A stretch of DNA of 64,000 bases from Eledone cirrhosa (Eukaryota), in assembly GCA_964016885.1 (NCBI GenBank), contig OZ024740.1:208196001-208260000 (forward strand), in the 5' to 3' direction. The translations under genes and the position numbers were made by a program. Position 1 is the first letter of the stretch. Each line of letters opens with the position of its first letter. Positions 52,237-64,000 of the stretch are shown in pieces. The notes below the pieces were generated by a model. That model ran no database searches, had not been told where the DNA came from, and was given only the letters and a program-made list of their open reading frames with translations.

Positions 52237-52699
52237 AACTATAGTAAGTAAAGTCAATCTTTTAAAATTTATTTTGAAACTTTTTCATTATTTGCTAAAC
52301 CTGATTATATATGTTCTGGCTCGTTAATTTATTAACCTGCCATTGAACCACATTGGCATATGGTTGGACAATACATGTGTCCCTTAGCGCTTTGTGCGTG
52401 TAGGAACACATATCCTATTATTACTATACTCCTCTATGTTGAGAAAAAATGTGGTCGTTCCGACTGCTGCTAGTGATAGTGGTGGCCGTTTGACCTATCT
52501 CCCTCTGCCTCTATCTTTACTTCGGCCCTTGAAAAAAATTGATTCCACTTCATTTACTCTCATCTCGGGAACAGTTTTGGATAGCGCTAGTTCGTAATTT
52601 AAATTCAAGAATTTTATATTCTTCGAATGAAAAGAACCTTCTGACGAGAATCTTTCTTTGCAACGAAGGCCGTATGGTCTCCGTTTATTTTTGAAGGGA

Positions 52700-53146
52700 T
52701 CGTTACTTATTTCACACATCCGATCGTTTTCGGTACGCCGGGCCGACTAACTAACTCGATATGCAAATTAGGCCGCTCAGCCGTTAATATGCATAAGGAA
52801 AGTATATACTTTCAAACGTTCAATCAACTGACAGGAAGGTATACGGTGCTGACGATAGGTAATAAGCTAGAAACTAGTTCATCGTTCCTTTGTCAGTGTT
52901 GAACAAAAGGGCAACGATGGTTGCCGAGCACTGTACGGCTAATAATTCGGGCTGTTTTATTTACAAACAAATCGAGCATTATAATAAATGTTCGGTAAAC
53001 CCATACGTACATATATATATATATATGTGCATGTATGTATATACGTACTACTGTACGTCTGTACACATGTATGTATGTACGTATACATACTTATATTTAA
53101 GTATCAGCCGCACTAAGAGTGGGAAATGAAATATCATTTTTTCCAT
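52700..53146 (+). mobile_element. Monomer of the 4337-5129 family with HHR at 52843-52885
   Basis: acggtg CTGACGA tag..cta GAAA ctag TT catcgt. Homologous to 4698-5129 and ends in (TA)n. Confidence 0.85.
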
Positions 53147-53294
53147 TTATATATATATACATACATATATGTATGTATGTATGTATGATGTATGTATAAT
53201 GCATACACATCGTTTTGCACAATACCTTCTTATATTTCCGGAGCTGCAATTTGTCTTCAAAGGCATGTGAATGATAGCAAACACACAAATATAC

Positions 53295-53348
<54 letters not shown>

Positions 53349-53353
<5 letters not shown>

Positions 53354-56300
53354 CAAAATAACAAGAAAACCCAATCACCACCCAAACACCACACAACAAC
53401 CAACAACATCAAAAAAACAATACCTCCCCAGATACCAAATAAAGAAGGTATCACCTCGCCCCTACCTCCTACACCCACTACATAGCTACCACACGGATTC
53501 CCCTGCAACAAATATAGTAATAGAGAAACATCAGCTACAAGATAGACACTACAACTTCTCCCCCACCAGAAGATACCATAGAAACCCCCACCCTTACAAC
53601 CCCCTAACATCCCCACACAACAAACCTATAACCATCATTACTTTCAACATAGAACCCAAAATACACAACTACCACACATGCCACATAGGGCCTCACAACC
53701 ACACACCAACTATAAGGAAGCCCTAATCTACCCTCCTCCACTAACCACATCCTACAACAACACAAACAGGGAACAATACAACCACACGAGACACCCTAAC
53801 CACTACGACCACCATAATACACACCATACAACAACAGCAGGACTCAATATAACCACACGAGACAACCCTACTACAACTACCAACAAGTCTACACACCCTA
53901 CAACAACAACAGCCGGGCTCAATACAACCATACGATACAACCTAACTTCAACAACCACCACAACTGCACACCCTATAACAACGTCCATCAAATCTACACA
54001 CCCTACAACAACAGCAGGGCTCAATACAACCATAAGAGACATCCAAACTTCAACAACCACCACAACTTCCGTAGTCATTTTTTAGAAATAGCACACAGAC
54101 ACAGGGTAACGAGATAACACAAAACACACAGGAGACACCAAATGTAATAAAAATCGTTAATTTAACCCCTAAAGAATTAACAACAGACCAAATCAACATA
54201 CTCTCCAAAGGTCTGAAATTTATACCAGCTCCCCAACGACCAAACTACCCCGAAATGAAGGAGGATATTGCAGAATTCTGTAGAAAACTAAGACTCGGCG
54301 AGCAATTACACGACAAATACAATGAGGATGATTCAATAGCCAGAAATAGAAGCCACTGCATCCCACCAAAAGACAAGTACAAATTCCTCGATTAATTCTG
54401 CGAACGCATTACTAATTACCCATACCACCACCTACACAGACATAAACCAAAACCAAACCTAAGCCAAAAAGAATGGAATGGTCTTAACAGTCTAAAGAAC
54501 GACAAAACCCTAACAATAAAAGAGGCAGATAAAGGGAGTGCAGTAGTCCTTATGAAGACAGATTACTACACAACCCTAGTACTCTCAACACTAGAAAACG
54601 AAACATATTACGAAAAGGCCCAACACTACACACAACAGAAAATAATGAGAAACTTAAAATCCCTAACAACCCTTTACAAAGAAGGCCTTACCGACAAGGA
54701 ATACAACTACATCACCAATTTCAAAAGCAGAACTAGCCTTTTCTACGGCATCCCAAAGATACAAAAAGGCGAAGTAATAGGCAGGCCCTGCAAGGAAGCC
54801 ACAGACATTCACATCAATATACCCCCTCCTGATGACCTTAAATTAAGACCCATAATAGCAGGTACCTCATGTGAAACCCACCGCCTAAGCAACTTCCTAG
54901 ATATTCATCTTAAACCTTTCCTAAAACACATAAAAAGCTTCATAAGGAACGACCTGGACATGCTCAACTACCTCCCAACAACACTTAATAATGAACACAC
55001 CCTACGAGTAACCTTTGATGTAATCAATCTGTATTCCAATATCCCACACAACCTAGGTATAGAGGCAATACAATTCTGGCTTCAAAATTTCCCTAATGAA
55101 CTTCCACAGCGCATCCTTAAAGAATTTGTGATGGAGGGCCTCAAATCCATCTTGGAAAATAACTTCTTCGAATTCGATGCTAAATACTACAGGCAGAAAT
55201 CTGGGACTGCCATGAGCACGAAAATAGCGTCCTCACAACGTTGTCATGGTATATTTGGAAACTACTCTCTACCGAAAAGTTATAGACAAATACGGAAACC
55301 ACTTCTACCTACACATAGAAAAAAACTGGAAGAGATATCTGGACGACTTCTTCATCCTCTGGCATGAAAGTATAGAAAGACTGATTGAGATGGTCTCAAC
55401 ACAAACTTACAATTTACAATGGAATACAGCCCAGAACAACTCCCTTTCATTGACATCCTCATCAAGAAAACAAACAACAAAGTAGAAACAGACATATACT
55501 ATAAACCCACAGACTCCAAACAATATCTTCCATTTAACTCGTGCCACCCTCGCCATACCAAAATGGCAATTCCTTATAACCTAGACAGAAGGATCTGCAC
55601 AATAGCTTCAGATAAATACACATGCTACACACGACTAGAAGAATTAAAGAACACACTTATCAGCAAACTACCCACCATCCCTAATCAACAATGGATTCCA
55701 ACGTGCCATAAAACGCAACATCCAGCAACTCAGACACCCCAAACTCAGGAATGAACCGAAACAGAAAACTCTACCATACATCTCCACACACAGCCCCCTC
55801 AACAATGAGGCATTCGACACCATCCTCCAGAACATTACTTTACTAAAAAGAGACTCAAGAATGAATAAAATCCTCCAAACATCATAAAGAGTAAAAGACA
55901 ACCTAAAAACATCCTCACACAAGCCAAAATTCAACCAACCCTCACAATGAACCCTACAGTAAAAAAAATACAGAAGGCCCAACTGAGGTATATGCATAAA
56001 TCTAATAGAAGGTTCAACATTCCACTTTAAACAAGGACAACATTTCACAGCTAAATACAACTTTACATGTGCATCTGAAAACCTAATCTATGTTTTGACC
56101 TGCTCAGGTTGTCAAGAGCACTACATAGGACAGACAAAAAACAGCCTCCGACAACGTATGACTTGTCCATAGATCACAAATCAAAATACAGGAATACAGA
56201 AAGATTGCTTTTAGTGAACTTATCGCCAATTGTGCACCTAACCAATATCCAAACTTTAGAATTTTCCCCATTTACAAATTCATAGACAACGCTTCTTTCA

Positions 56301-56540
56301 TCCATCGTACTAATAAGGAAACGTACTTCATTTACAAATTCCAACCTCTACTTAATGGACTAAACTTCGGACTAAACTAAAACTGGAACGAACAATGAAC
56401 CATAGTGCAAAATGGCTACGTTCTCTAAAGAGTTACCTCCCTCACACCCTACCTAATCTTTTTTTTTATATAAATGAATTACCCCCCTCTTTCTCCTACC
56501 AGATCACCCTGAATTACCTCCCAACTGCATATTAATTCTC
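53349..56540 (+). mobile_element. Decayed Penelope-like retroelement (RT + C-terminal GIY-YIG)
   Basis: ILSKGLKF, IKEADKGSAVV, FYGIPKI, LRPII, TFDVINLYSNI, YRQKSGTAM, RYLDD, LPFIDI, DIYYKPT, SCHP, and LIYVLTCSGCQEHYIGQT at ~56080-56140. Multiple stops and frameshifts. Starts at (TA)n. Confidence 0.92.
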
Positions 56541-57078
56541 TAAATATTTCGTATCTCCAAAGAAATACAGTTTTAGGAAGCCGTTGCTACGCAAACACCG
56601 GGGGGGGGCTAACGCCCTCCGGTGATGTCCAGCAGAAGCAAGGGGGACAACCGGAGGGCGTTAGTCCCCCCCCCCCCTGTGTTTGCATAGCTACGGCTTC
56701 CTAAAACAGTATTTCTTTAGAGATACGAAATATTTATACATATTGTATAAAGCTATGCTTGAAGCGAAATCCTATTTCTTTTTTCTTATAAGTTGAGCCA
56801 ACTTATGCAGCTTCATATGCAAATGAGATTAATCACCTTATTTATACAGACGAGAAAAGTATATATTCTCAGCTGTCTTCTAGTCCAGCAGTCGCAAGTG
56901 GTGGGAGGGACCGTCCTGACGAAGGCCAGTTAAGCCTGAAATGCATAGACGGTTGTCCCCCTTGCTTCTGCTGGACATCACCGGAGGGTACGGCTTCCTA
57001 AAACTGTATTTCTTTGGAGATACGAAATACTTATACATATTGTATAAAGCTATGCTTGAAGCGAAATCCTATTTCTTT
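56540..57078 (+). mobile_element. pLTR-like module: inverted arm plus partial tandem ~330-bp unit with HHR
   Basis: 56540-56652 is inverted relative to 56650-56737 and 56949-57032. 56692-56782 is repeated at 56989-57078. Ends in (TA)n. Confidence 0.8.
56910..56953 (+). ncRNA. Minimal type I hammerhead ribozyme
   Basis: accgtc CTGACGA aggc-cagttaa-gcct GAAA tgca TA gacggt. Palindromic ATGCAT. Confidence 0.92.
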
Positions 57079-57096
57079 TATATATATATATATAAA

Positions 57097-57159
<63 letters not shown>

Positions 57160-57161
<2 letters not shown>

Positions 57162-57382
57162 TCAAAAAGTAAACGAAAACAAATCAAACAACACAGTGCA
57201 ATGAAAAAATATATTAGTTTAACGCTTGATATAGTAGGAAAAGTATCTTTACGTTTCGGACCCTAGTCCGTCATCTGAAGATAGAGGTGAGAAAACAAAA
57301 AAAAATGGAATAGAAAGACAGAGAGGAAGAAACGAAACAAGATTGGTGGGGAAACACACGAGTGTATTCAGTCAACCATTTT

Positions 57383-57390
<8 letters not shown>
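57160..57390 (-). mobile_element. Solo pLTR with mutated HHR (57245-57282, U4A)
   Basis: atctt CAGATGA c-ggac-tagg-gtcc GAAA cg TA aagat. (TA)n on both sides. Confidence 0.7.
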
Positions 57391-57418
<28 letters not shown>

Positions 57419-57521
57419 TATATATATATAGATATATATATATATATATATATATACATACATACATACATACATACATACATACATACATACATACATA
57501 CATACATACATACGTACGTAC

Positions 57522-57826
57522 GTGGTGGCTGCCAACTCGTTTTCGAGTACGGCCACTACTTTATATCCATGTAGGAGAACCCCTACCGATGCGCTGAACG
57601 AGTGTGACTTTTTAGTCCAGCCAGCGACTTGAAAACTCTGGTACAAACACTACACTTGTGACAATTATTGACACATAGAGCTGGGCCCATGGTACCATGT
57701 GACGACAAGTGCAGAGAGATCTCCAGATATAAAGCAATGCCTGTGTCGTGAAGCTTTTATAGTGAGCAAAGGCACTGCACAAAGCCAGTCCCACTCTCTT
57801 AACCAAGATGATATTTACCAAAAAGA
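57522..57826 (-). mobile_element. RTE-clade LINE 3' end with (TGTA)n tail
   Basis: Reverse-complement copy of 17375-17681. Confidence 0.78.
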
Positions 57827-58817
57827 AGAACAAGTCAACATCATTGGATACCATCAGGGTTGCAGATGTTATATCAGAGTTTTCCTTCTCCTAGAATTCT
57901 GCCTTGACAAAGGCTAAGGGGTCATCTCTCCCGGTGATTTTGGACAGGTTTTGACAGGTTTTGTTTTTAGTCCTGCAGGATGTCCAAAGTCACCCTCCTC
58001 ACCAAGAAACCTTGTTTGGGTTGCCAGTTTAGTCGCCAGCGACCTGACCATGGGACAGGTTGTACTGGAATACATGTTACCAGTAGCACCAACTAGTGAC
58101 CTGACATACATACATACATGCATGCATACATACATACATACATACATACATACATACATACATACATACATACATACATACATACATACACATGCAAGGA
58201 TCTTTTTTGTGAAAAACCAGCACTCACCCATGCATACCAATCTCCCTTCTCCGCGCCACCTATGCTGTCCAAGGGGAAGGCAAAGGCTGATACAGCTTGG
58301 CACTAGTGACGTCGCAACACATTTCTACATCTGAGCAAAAATAAAATGTTTCGTTCAAGGACATAACACACCACCTAGTTCTGGAATCGAAATCACGATT
58401 GTGTAGCCAACTCACTAACCACTGAGCCTCACGCCTTCACCTATATAAATAAATAAGTAGTAATCTATAGATAAATTTGAGCGACTTCCGTCCGCCACTC
58501 TGTGTGTGTGTGTTTGTGTGGATGCATGTGTGTGTAAAAGGAAGGCAAGGGATGGTGAAAAAAGTGTAGCAAAATAGCAGTCGGCGTTTCATTTGCTACG
58601 CTTCGTGTGAGTGTATGTGTATGAGCGTGGTTTGGTAAATGGAAAAAATATTATTAAATCACGACCCAAGATTGGTAACCTCGTCTGTACATCTTTTTAT
58701 ATTTCAGCCCTCTGGTGGTGAGGTCTTTAAGCTAACAGTAACAGCAATAAAACATCTTCACTCTTTACTAATGTGAACATCAACCCACGTTCAACTTTGG
58801 TTGTTTCTTAACTACTA

Positions 58818-58883
58818 CGGTGGTGGTGGTGGTGGTGGTGGTGGTGGTGGTGGTGGTGGTGGTGGTGGTGGTGGTGGTGGTGG

Positions 58884-58942
<59 letters not shown>

Positions 58943-58952
58943 GCTGTTGCTG

Positions 58953-58983
<31 letters not shown>

Positions 58984-59103
58984 CGCTGTTGTTGTTGCTG
59001 CTGTTGTTGCTGTTGCTGTTGTTTCTGCTGTCGCTGCTGTTGCTGCTGTTGCTGTTGTTGCTGGTGCTGCTGTTGTTGTTGCTGCTGTTGCTGTTGTTGC
59101 TGG

Positions 59104-59135
<32 letters not shown>

Positions 59136-59250
59136 TTGTTGTTGTTGTTACTACTCTTGCTTTTCTTATTGCTGCTGTTGCTGTTGTTATTGTTGTTGTT
59201 GCTACTATTACTGCTTTTGTTGTTGCTGCTATTGCTGCTGTTGCTGCTGT

Positions 59251-59282
<32 letters not shown>

Positions 59283-59484
59283 CTGTTGTTGTTGCTGCTA
59301 TTGCTGCTGTTGCTGCTGTTGTTGCTGTTGTTGTTGCTGCTGTGGCTGCTGTTGCTGCTGTTGTTGTTGCTACTGTTCCTGCTATTGCTGCTGTTGTTGT
59401 TGCTGCTATTGCTGCTGTTGTTGTTGCTGCTGCTGCTGTTGCTGCTGTTGCTGTTGTTGTTGTTGCTGCTGTTGCTGCTGCTGT

Positions 59485-59519
<35 letters not shown>

Positions 59520-59925
59520 CTGTTGTTGTTGTTATTGCTGCTGTTGCTGCTGTTGCTGTTGTTGTTATTGCTGCTATTGTTGCTGTTGTTGTTGCTGCTG
59601 TTGCTGCTGTTGCTGCTGTTGCTGCTGTTGCTGCTGTTGCTACTGTTGCTGCTATTGCTGCTGTTGTTATTGCTGCTATTGCTGCTGTTGTTGTTGCTGC
59701 TATTGCTGCTATTGCTGCTGTTGTTGTTGCTGCTATTGCTGCTATTGCTGCTGTTGTTGTTGCTGCTATTGCTGCTATTGCTGCTGTTGCTGCTGTTGCT
59801 ACTGTTGCTGCTGTTGCTACTGTTGCTGCTGTTGCTGCTGTTGTTATTGTTGCTATTGCTGTTGTTGCTACTGTTGCTACTGTTGCTGCAATTGCTGCTG
59901 TTGTTATTGTTGCAATTGGTGTTGT
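58818..59925. repeat. (GGT)n-(GTT)n-(GCT/GTT) compound triplet repeat
   Basis: Gives poly-C/V/L ORFs in all three frames. Confidence 0.95.
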
Positions 59926-60327
59926 TAATGTCTGTGTTTAATATTTATTATATATATTTCTGTCTATTTCTATGTGATATTCCACTATAAGACCTTGGCC
60001 TATTGGTCGGCATTAAAAGATCAATAAGCGGTTTTTTTTCCGATACCTTTCATGTATTTCAGCTTTTTCAGCTTCACCAGCAGAAACTTTTGTTGTTCTT
60101 TAATATCGATATCGATCTACATTTTTTCAATATACTTAGATTTTTTTTGTTATTATTATTACTTTATTTAATAAATAATAGAAATCATTGGCAGAATCTG
60201 CACAGAGTTCTGAGTTCAAATCAGGCCGAGGCTAGCTTTGCCTTTCATCTTTACGGGGTCGTTAACCTTAAGTATCAGTAATACCCTTTACCTTCCCCTC
60301 AAATTGTGGGCTTTGCGCCTAAATCAG

Positions 60328-60530
60328 AGGTGGATTGGCAGTATCGGTAGAGGGTCGGACGCCATGCTTTGACGCATAGAGTTATGGTCCTTGCCATTCT
60401 GAGTTCAAATCCCGCCGAGGTTAACTTTGCCTTTCATCCTCACGGGGTCGATGAAATAAAGTACCAGTAATGTACTGGATAATTGCTGGCCTTGTGCCAA
60501 AAGTAGAAACAATTATTATTATTATTATTA
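60328..60530 (+). mobile_element. tRNA-derived SINE, preceded by an older copy at 60185-60325
   Basis: Near-identical to 46582-46790. Confidence 0.9.
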
Positions 60531-60680
60531 TTGTTGTTGTTGTTGTTGCTGGTGGTGTTGTTAATGATGTTGTTACTGTTGTTGTTAATGATGTTGTTAC
60601 TGTTGTTGTTAATGATGTTGTTACTGAAATCACTATTAATATCATTACGGATATTATAAAAATAATATAAATAATATAAA

Positions 60681-60761
<81 letters not shown>

Positions 60762-60811
60762 TTGACTGACCAACGGTCAAAAATACGATACAACAGGAGG
60801 AACATAATAGT

Positions 60812-60852
60812 ACCACTGATGATGTTGGAGATGTGCAACGAAAGAACTTTGT
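60812..60852 (+). ncRNA. Hammerhead-like motif, weak stem I
   Basis: CTGATGA t-gttg-gagatgtg-caac GAAA gaac TT tg, in a short island between (TA)n tracts. Confidence 0.5.
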
Positions 60853-60853
60853 T

Positions 60854-60896
<43 letters not shown>

Positions 60897-61003
60897 CTGT
60901 ATTTTTGACCGTTGGTCAGTCAATGATAAACATTGAGGACCAAATGAATTAACTGTGGAGATATACAAGATAGAGAAGCGAAAACCAACCAAACAGTGAG
61001 TGT

Positions 61004-61500
61004 GGCAGTTTTTATCTGTCTGGTGGCCATGGCGAAAGAGATAGCATGGTGGACACGTTTGAAAGGGCTGAAGACGAGCACTTACCTCTTCGGTGATGCT
61101 CTGATTGCCTTTTTCAAATTTCATTTGAAAAGGAAAATCAGGGTAGAGAGGGAAGTGCTCTCTTCCCAGCATTTTGTTGAAAGATGGGTGAGAGAAGCAA
61201 GAATGGCCCGAGTGAATGGGCCTACTCTGAGTACGTATCTGTAAATTAAAGGTGGAAAACTGGGAGAGGGCACTTGCCTTGGTGGTCAGGGTCATTGTGG
61301 CCTTTTACTGGGCTTTCTCCACAAATGTCCCTCCGAAGACTCCCCCCTATTGGGGAATTTTTCATTGTTATTTTTTGTTACATCCTCTGTTTTTGTTCTT
61401 TACACGCAGAAATGCCCATTTGTACCGTCCTGTATTGTCCTGCACTGTCCTTAATGTCTACTTTATGTAAACCCTTGTGGTTAATAAATAAATCATTATT
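61004..61500 (+). mobile_element. 5'-truncated copy of the Tx1-like LINE
   Basis: Highly similar to the reverse complement of 8590-9072. Encodes the ORF2 C-terminus. AATAAA and a short ATTATT tail. Confidence 0.95.
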
Positions 61501-61540
61501 TCTGGCAATATTATTACAACAATATGACCCTCCCCAAGTA

Positions 61541-61570
<30 letters not shown>

Positions 61571-61572
<2 letters not shown>

Positions 61573-61767
61573 ACAAAGGAATTGTGGTAAGGAATCAGAT
61601 GGACAATAACGCACCAGAGTACTCAATACTTAGGGTAGTAGAGTGGGAAATTGGAAAAAGTATTACCCCGACGGCAGAGCTCAAGCCGTTTCGACGGCTA
61701 TTTCTGGACTCAGTCCAGAAATAGCCGTCGAAACGGCTTGAGCTCTGCCGTCGGGGTCATACTTTTT

Positions 61768-61770
<3 letters not shown>
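61571..61770. mobile_element. Mini fold-back of the 37413-39310 family
   Basis: Homologous to 37413-37553. Near-perfect palindrome centred at ~61710 containing only the HHR 3' half. (TA)n on both sides. Confidence 0.88.
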
Positions 61771-61831
<61 letters not shown>

Positions 61832-62183
61832 GTAATAATAAATAATAGATATTAAAAAATAAATGAATATATAATGAAATAATAAAACTAAAAAATCATC
61901 AGAATTATTATTGATGTTGTTGTTGTCCTTCTTTATTCTGTACACTCTTTTGTTTTCTTTTTGTTTTCTCCTTTCTGAGATATTATTTTAAGTAATCACG
62001 TGAACAAAGTCTAATGTGAGAGGGAGATGAAAGGGAGGTAACTGTGAGGGAGAGACGGTAGATTGTACGGAAGGGGTCCTCAGGAAGAGGGGGAGAGGGG
62101 GGAAGGTGGTATTTGTAATTATTTATAGTCACTGGTGATTAGATTAAAGAAGTGCCAATTTATTACATTTTCAGATTTTCAGA

Positions 62184-62219
<36 letters not shown>

Positions 62220-63182
62220 CTGTGTGTGTGTGTGTGCGTGTCTACCTCTGTGTGTATATACATACATAGGCATAGATATAGATATATACACACACAGACA
62301 TACATATATATAAATATATATATATATATTCAATAGTTGTCATGTGACTATAAAGACTAGAGAGACGATACACTGATTAAATTACTTTAGTGATTGCAGT
62401 CTTTGAATATTGGGATAGAGGGAGGGGGGGAGAAAGATGGACAGAGAGAGAGAGAGGGGGGTATATATATATATATGAAGACAGAAAGAGAGAGGCAAAC
62501 GGAGAGAGAGAAAAAAAGTGTGAGAGAAGGGGGGACAGAGAAAATGACAGAGACGTTGTGTGAGTGCACATATGTGTGTGTGTGTATATGTGCATGTGTA
62601 TGAGTGCATGTATATGTGTATGTATTTCTATGTGCATGCGTCTGCGTGTGTATAGATGTTTGTGTTCGTCAGTGTAGATTTGTATATATGTTTGTAGGTA
62701 GACATTAGTGTATGTATGTGTGTATAGATGTGTGTGTTCGTCAGTATAGATATGTGTGTATATATGTATGTAGGCATTAGTGTATGTATGTGTGTATTGA
62801 TGTGTGTGTTCGTCAGTATAGATATGTGTGTATATATGTATGTAAGCATTAGTGTATGTATGTGTATATAGAAGTTTGTGTTCGTCAGTATAGATATGTA
62901 TGTGTGTAGGCAGTTAGTGTATGTGTATATACAAAGGAGGTTTATATGAACGATACCAAAGAAAGTAGCCAATATTTGACCATATTTCTTTTGTGTTGAT
63001 TATTTTCTATTTTAATGTTTCGTATCGGGTCACTTATTTTACTTTGAAGATGGCCATGTATTTTGACTTTAATGCGTGCATATATATATATGCGCATTGA
63101 ATACTCCCATGATTAGTGGTCCCCCTGGTCTCAGCACCACATACTCTCTCTCTCACTCTCTCTCTCTGTATATATATATGTC

Positions 63183-63264
<82 letters not shown>

Positions 63265-63484
63265 GAGAGAGAAAGAGAATTCTATAAGTTGATAAAACAA
63301 CCGTAAGGCGTTCATATATTTTAAGCTCAAATGTGGTTTATTTTATATCCAGATTAACGAGAGATATTTCAGAGGTAAATCCAATTGGTATACTTCCGGT
63401 GATCTTAGATTTAAATCACAGAGCATATATTAACAAGAAATAAGTCACCAAGTTCAACAGTTAATACATTATTTATTTGATCTA

Positions 63485-63654
63485 CACGTGTTTCATTCCG
63501 TTTACAATATCCCAATAAAGAAATCGCCAGGATCAATATTATATATAACATATTAAAAAGTGTATTCTGTAACCACATGTTTGAGCCATAAATATGTTAT
63601 ATATATAATTGATCCTGGCGATTTCTTTATAAGGATAATTGAATGAAACGCGTG
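63485..63654. mobile_element. MITE-like inverted-repeat element
   Basis: ataaagaaatcgccaggatcaat / attgatcctggcgatttctttat arms. Confidence 0.6.
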
Positions 63655-63689
63655 GTGAACTTAGTGATTTATTTCTTTGTTGGACTTAC

Positions 63690-63915
63690 GATCATAATGT
63701 CGCGGGTTCGATCCCTGGGTTGCGTGTTGTGTTCTTGAGCAACACTTCATTTCCCGTTGCTCCAGTATACTCAGCTGAAAATGAGTACCAGCAATAGCTG
63801 GGGGTTTAACCCTGCGATGGACTGGCGTCCTGTCCAAGGGGAAGTCTTGTACTCTCAGTCGCTTCACGCCATGAAACCGGGATAAGCACCGGCCCAATGA
63901 GACTTCTGACTTAAG

Positions 63916-63920
<5 letters not shown>
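63690..63920 (+). mobile_element. tRNA-derived CORE-type SINE
   Basis: B box gggttcgatccc, core tgtgttcttgagcaacacttc. Confidence 0.7.

Positions 63921-64000
<80 letters not shown>

Larger units (their letters stand above)
51251..52694 (+). mobile_element. Retrozyme-like array: three tandem 483-bp units with HHRs
   Basis: Units start at 51251, 51734 and 52217 and are nearly identical. Non-coding. Confidence 0.92.

Noticed and set aside
51251-52694. CRISPR array, or repeated small genes from the 67-81-aa ORFs
   Set aside because: Whole units repeat without spacers, the context is eukaryotic, and the ORFs have no motifs and non-ATG starts.
55984-55986. In-frame TGA at a Cys position (RPN*GIC) as selenocysteine
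   Set aside because: The element has many other stops and frameshifts and no SECIS was recognised. Ordinary decay is simpler.
58801-59990. Poly-Cys/Ala-Val/Leu proteins
   Set aside because: Compound triplet microsatellite.
60022-60112. Minus-strand peptide LKYMKGIGKKTA resembling a helix-hairpin-helix motif
   Set aside because: 30-codon frame bounded by stops, with weak splice signals. Unsupported without a search.

Overview
Eukaryotic, AT-rich, repeat-saturated DNA. The SINE types and (TA)n density suggest an octopus or other coleoid cephalopod (inference). No convincing host gene is present and almost all listed ORFs are microsatellite artefacts. Real coding content is transposon-derived: a near-intact 5.9-kb L1/Tx1 LINE in an (AAT)n tract, a decayed Penelope-like element (PLE; RT plus GIY-YIG), two more PLE GIY-YIG 3' ends, and RTE and mariner remnants. 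There are also many tRNA-derived SINEs. The main hidden signal is about 23 type I hammerhead ribozyme (HHR) motifs, found by eye, in roughly a dozen unrelated non-coding families, nearly all beside (TA)n. They occur as tandem retrozyme-like monomers (483, ~555, ~430, ~690 nt), a circularly permuted ~2-kb copy, and fold-backs whose 3' ends always point outward. Some have U3-A8 core variants or very large stem II inserts, and two families share an octamer+TATA module. This looks like a PLE-mobilised, (TA)n-targeting retrozyme ecosystem. Structures were deduced manually and no activity is shown.
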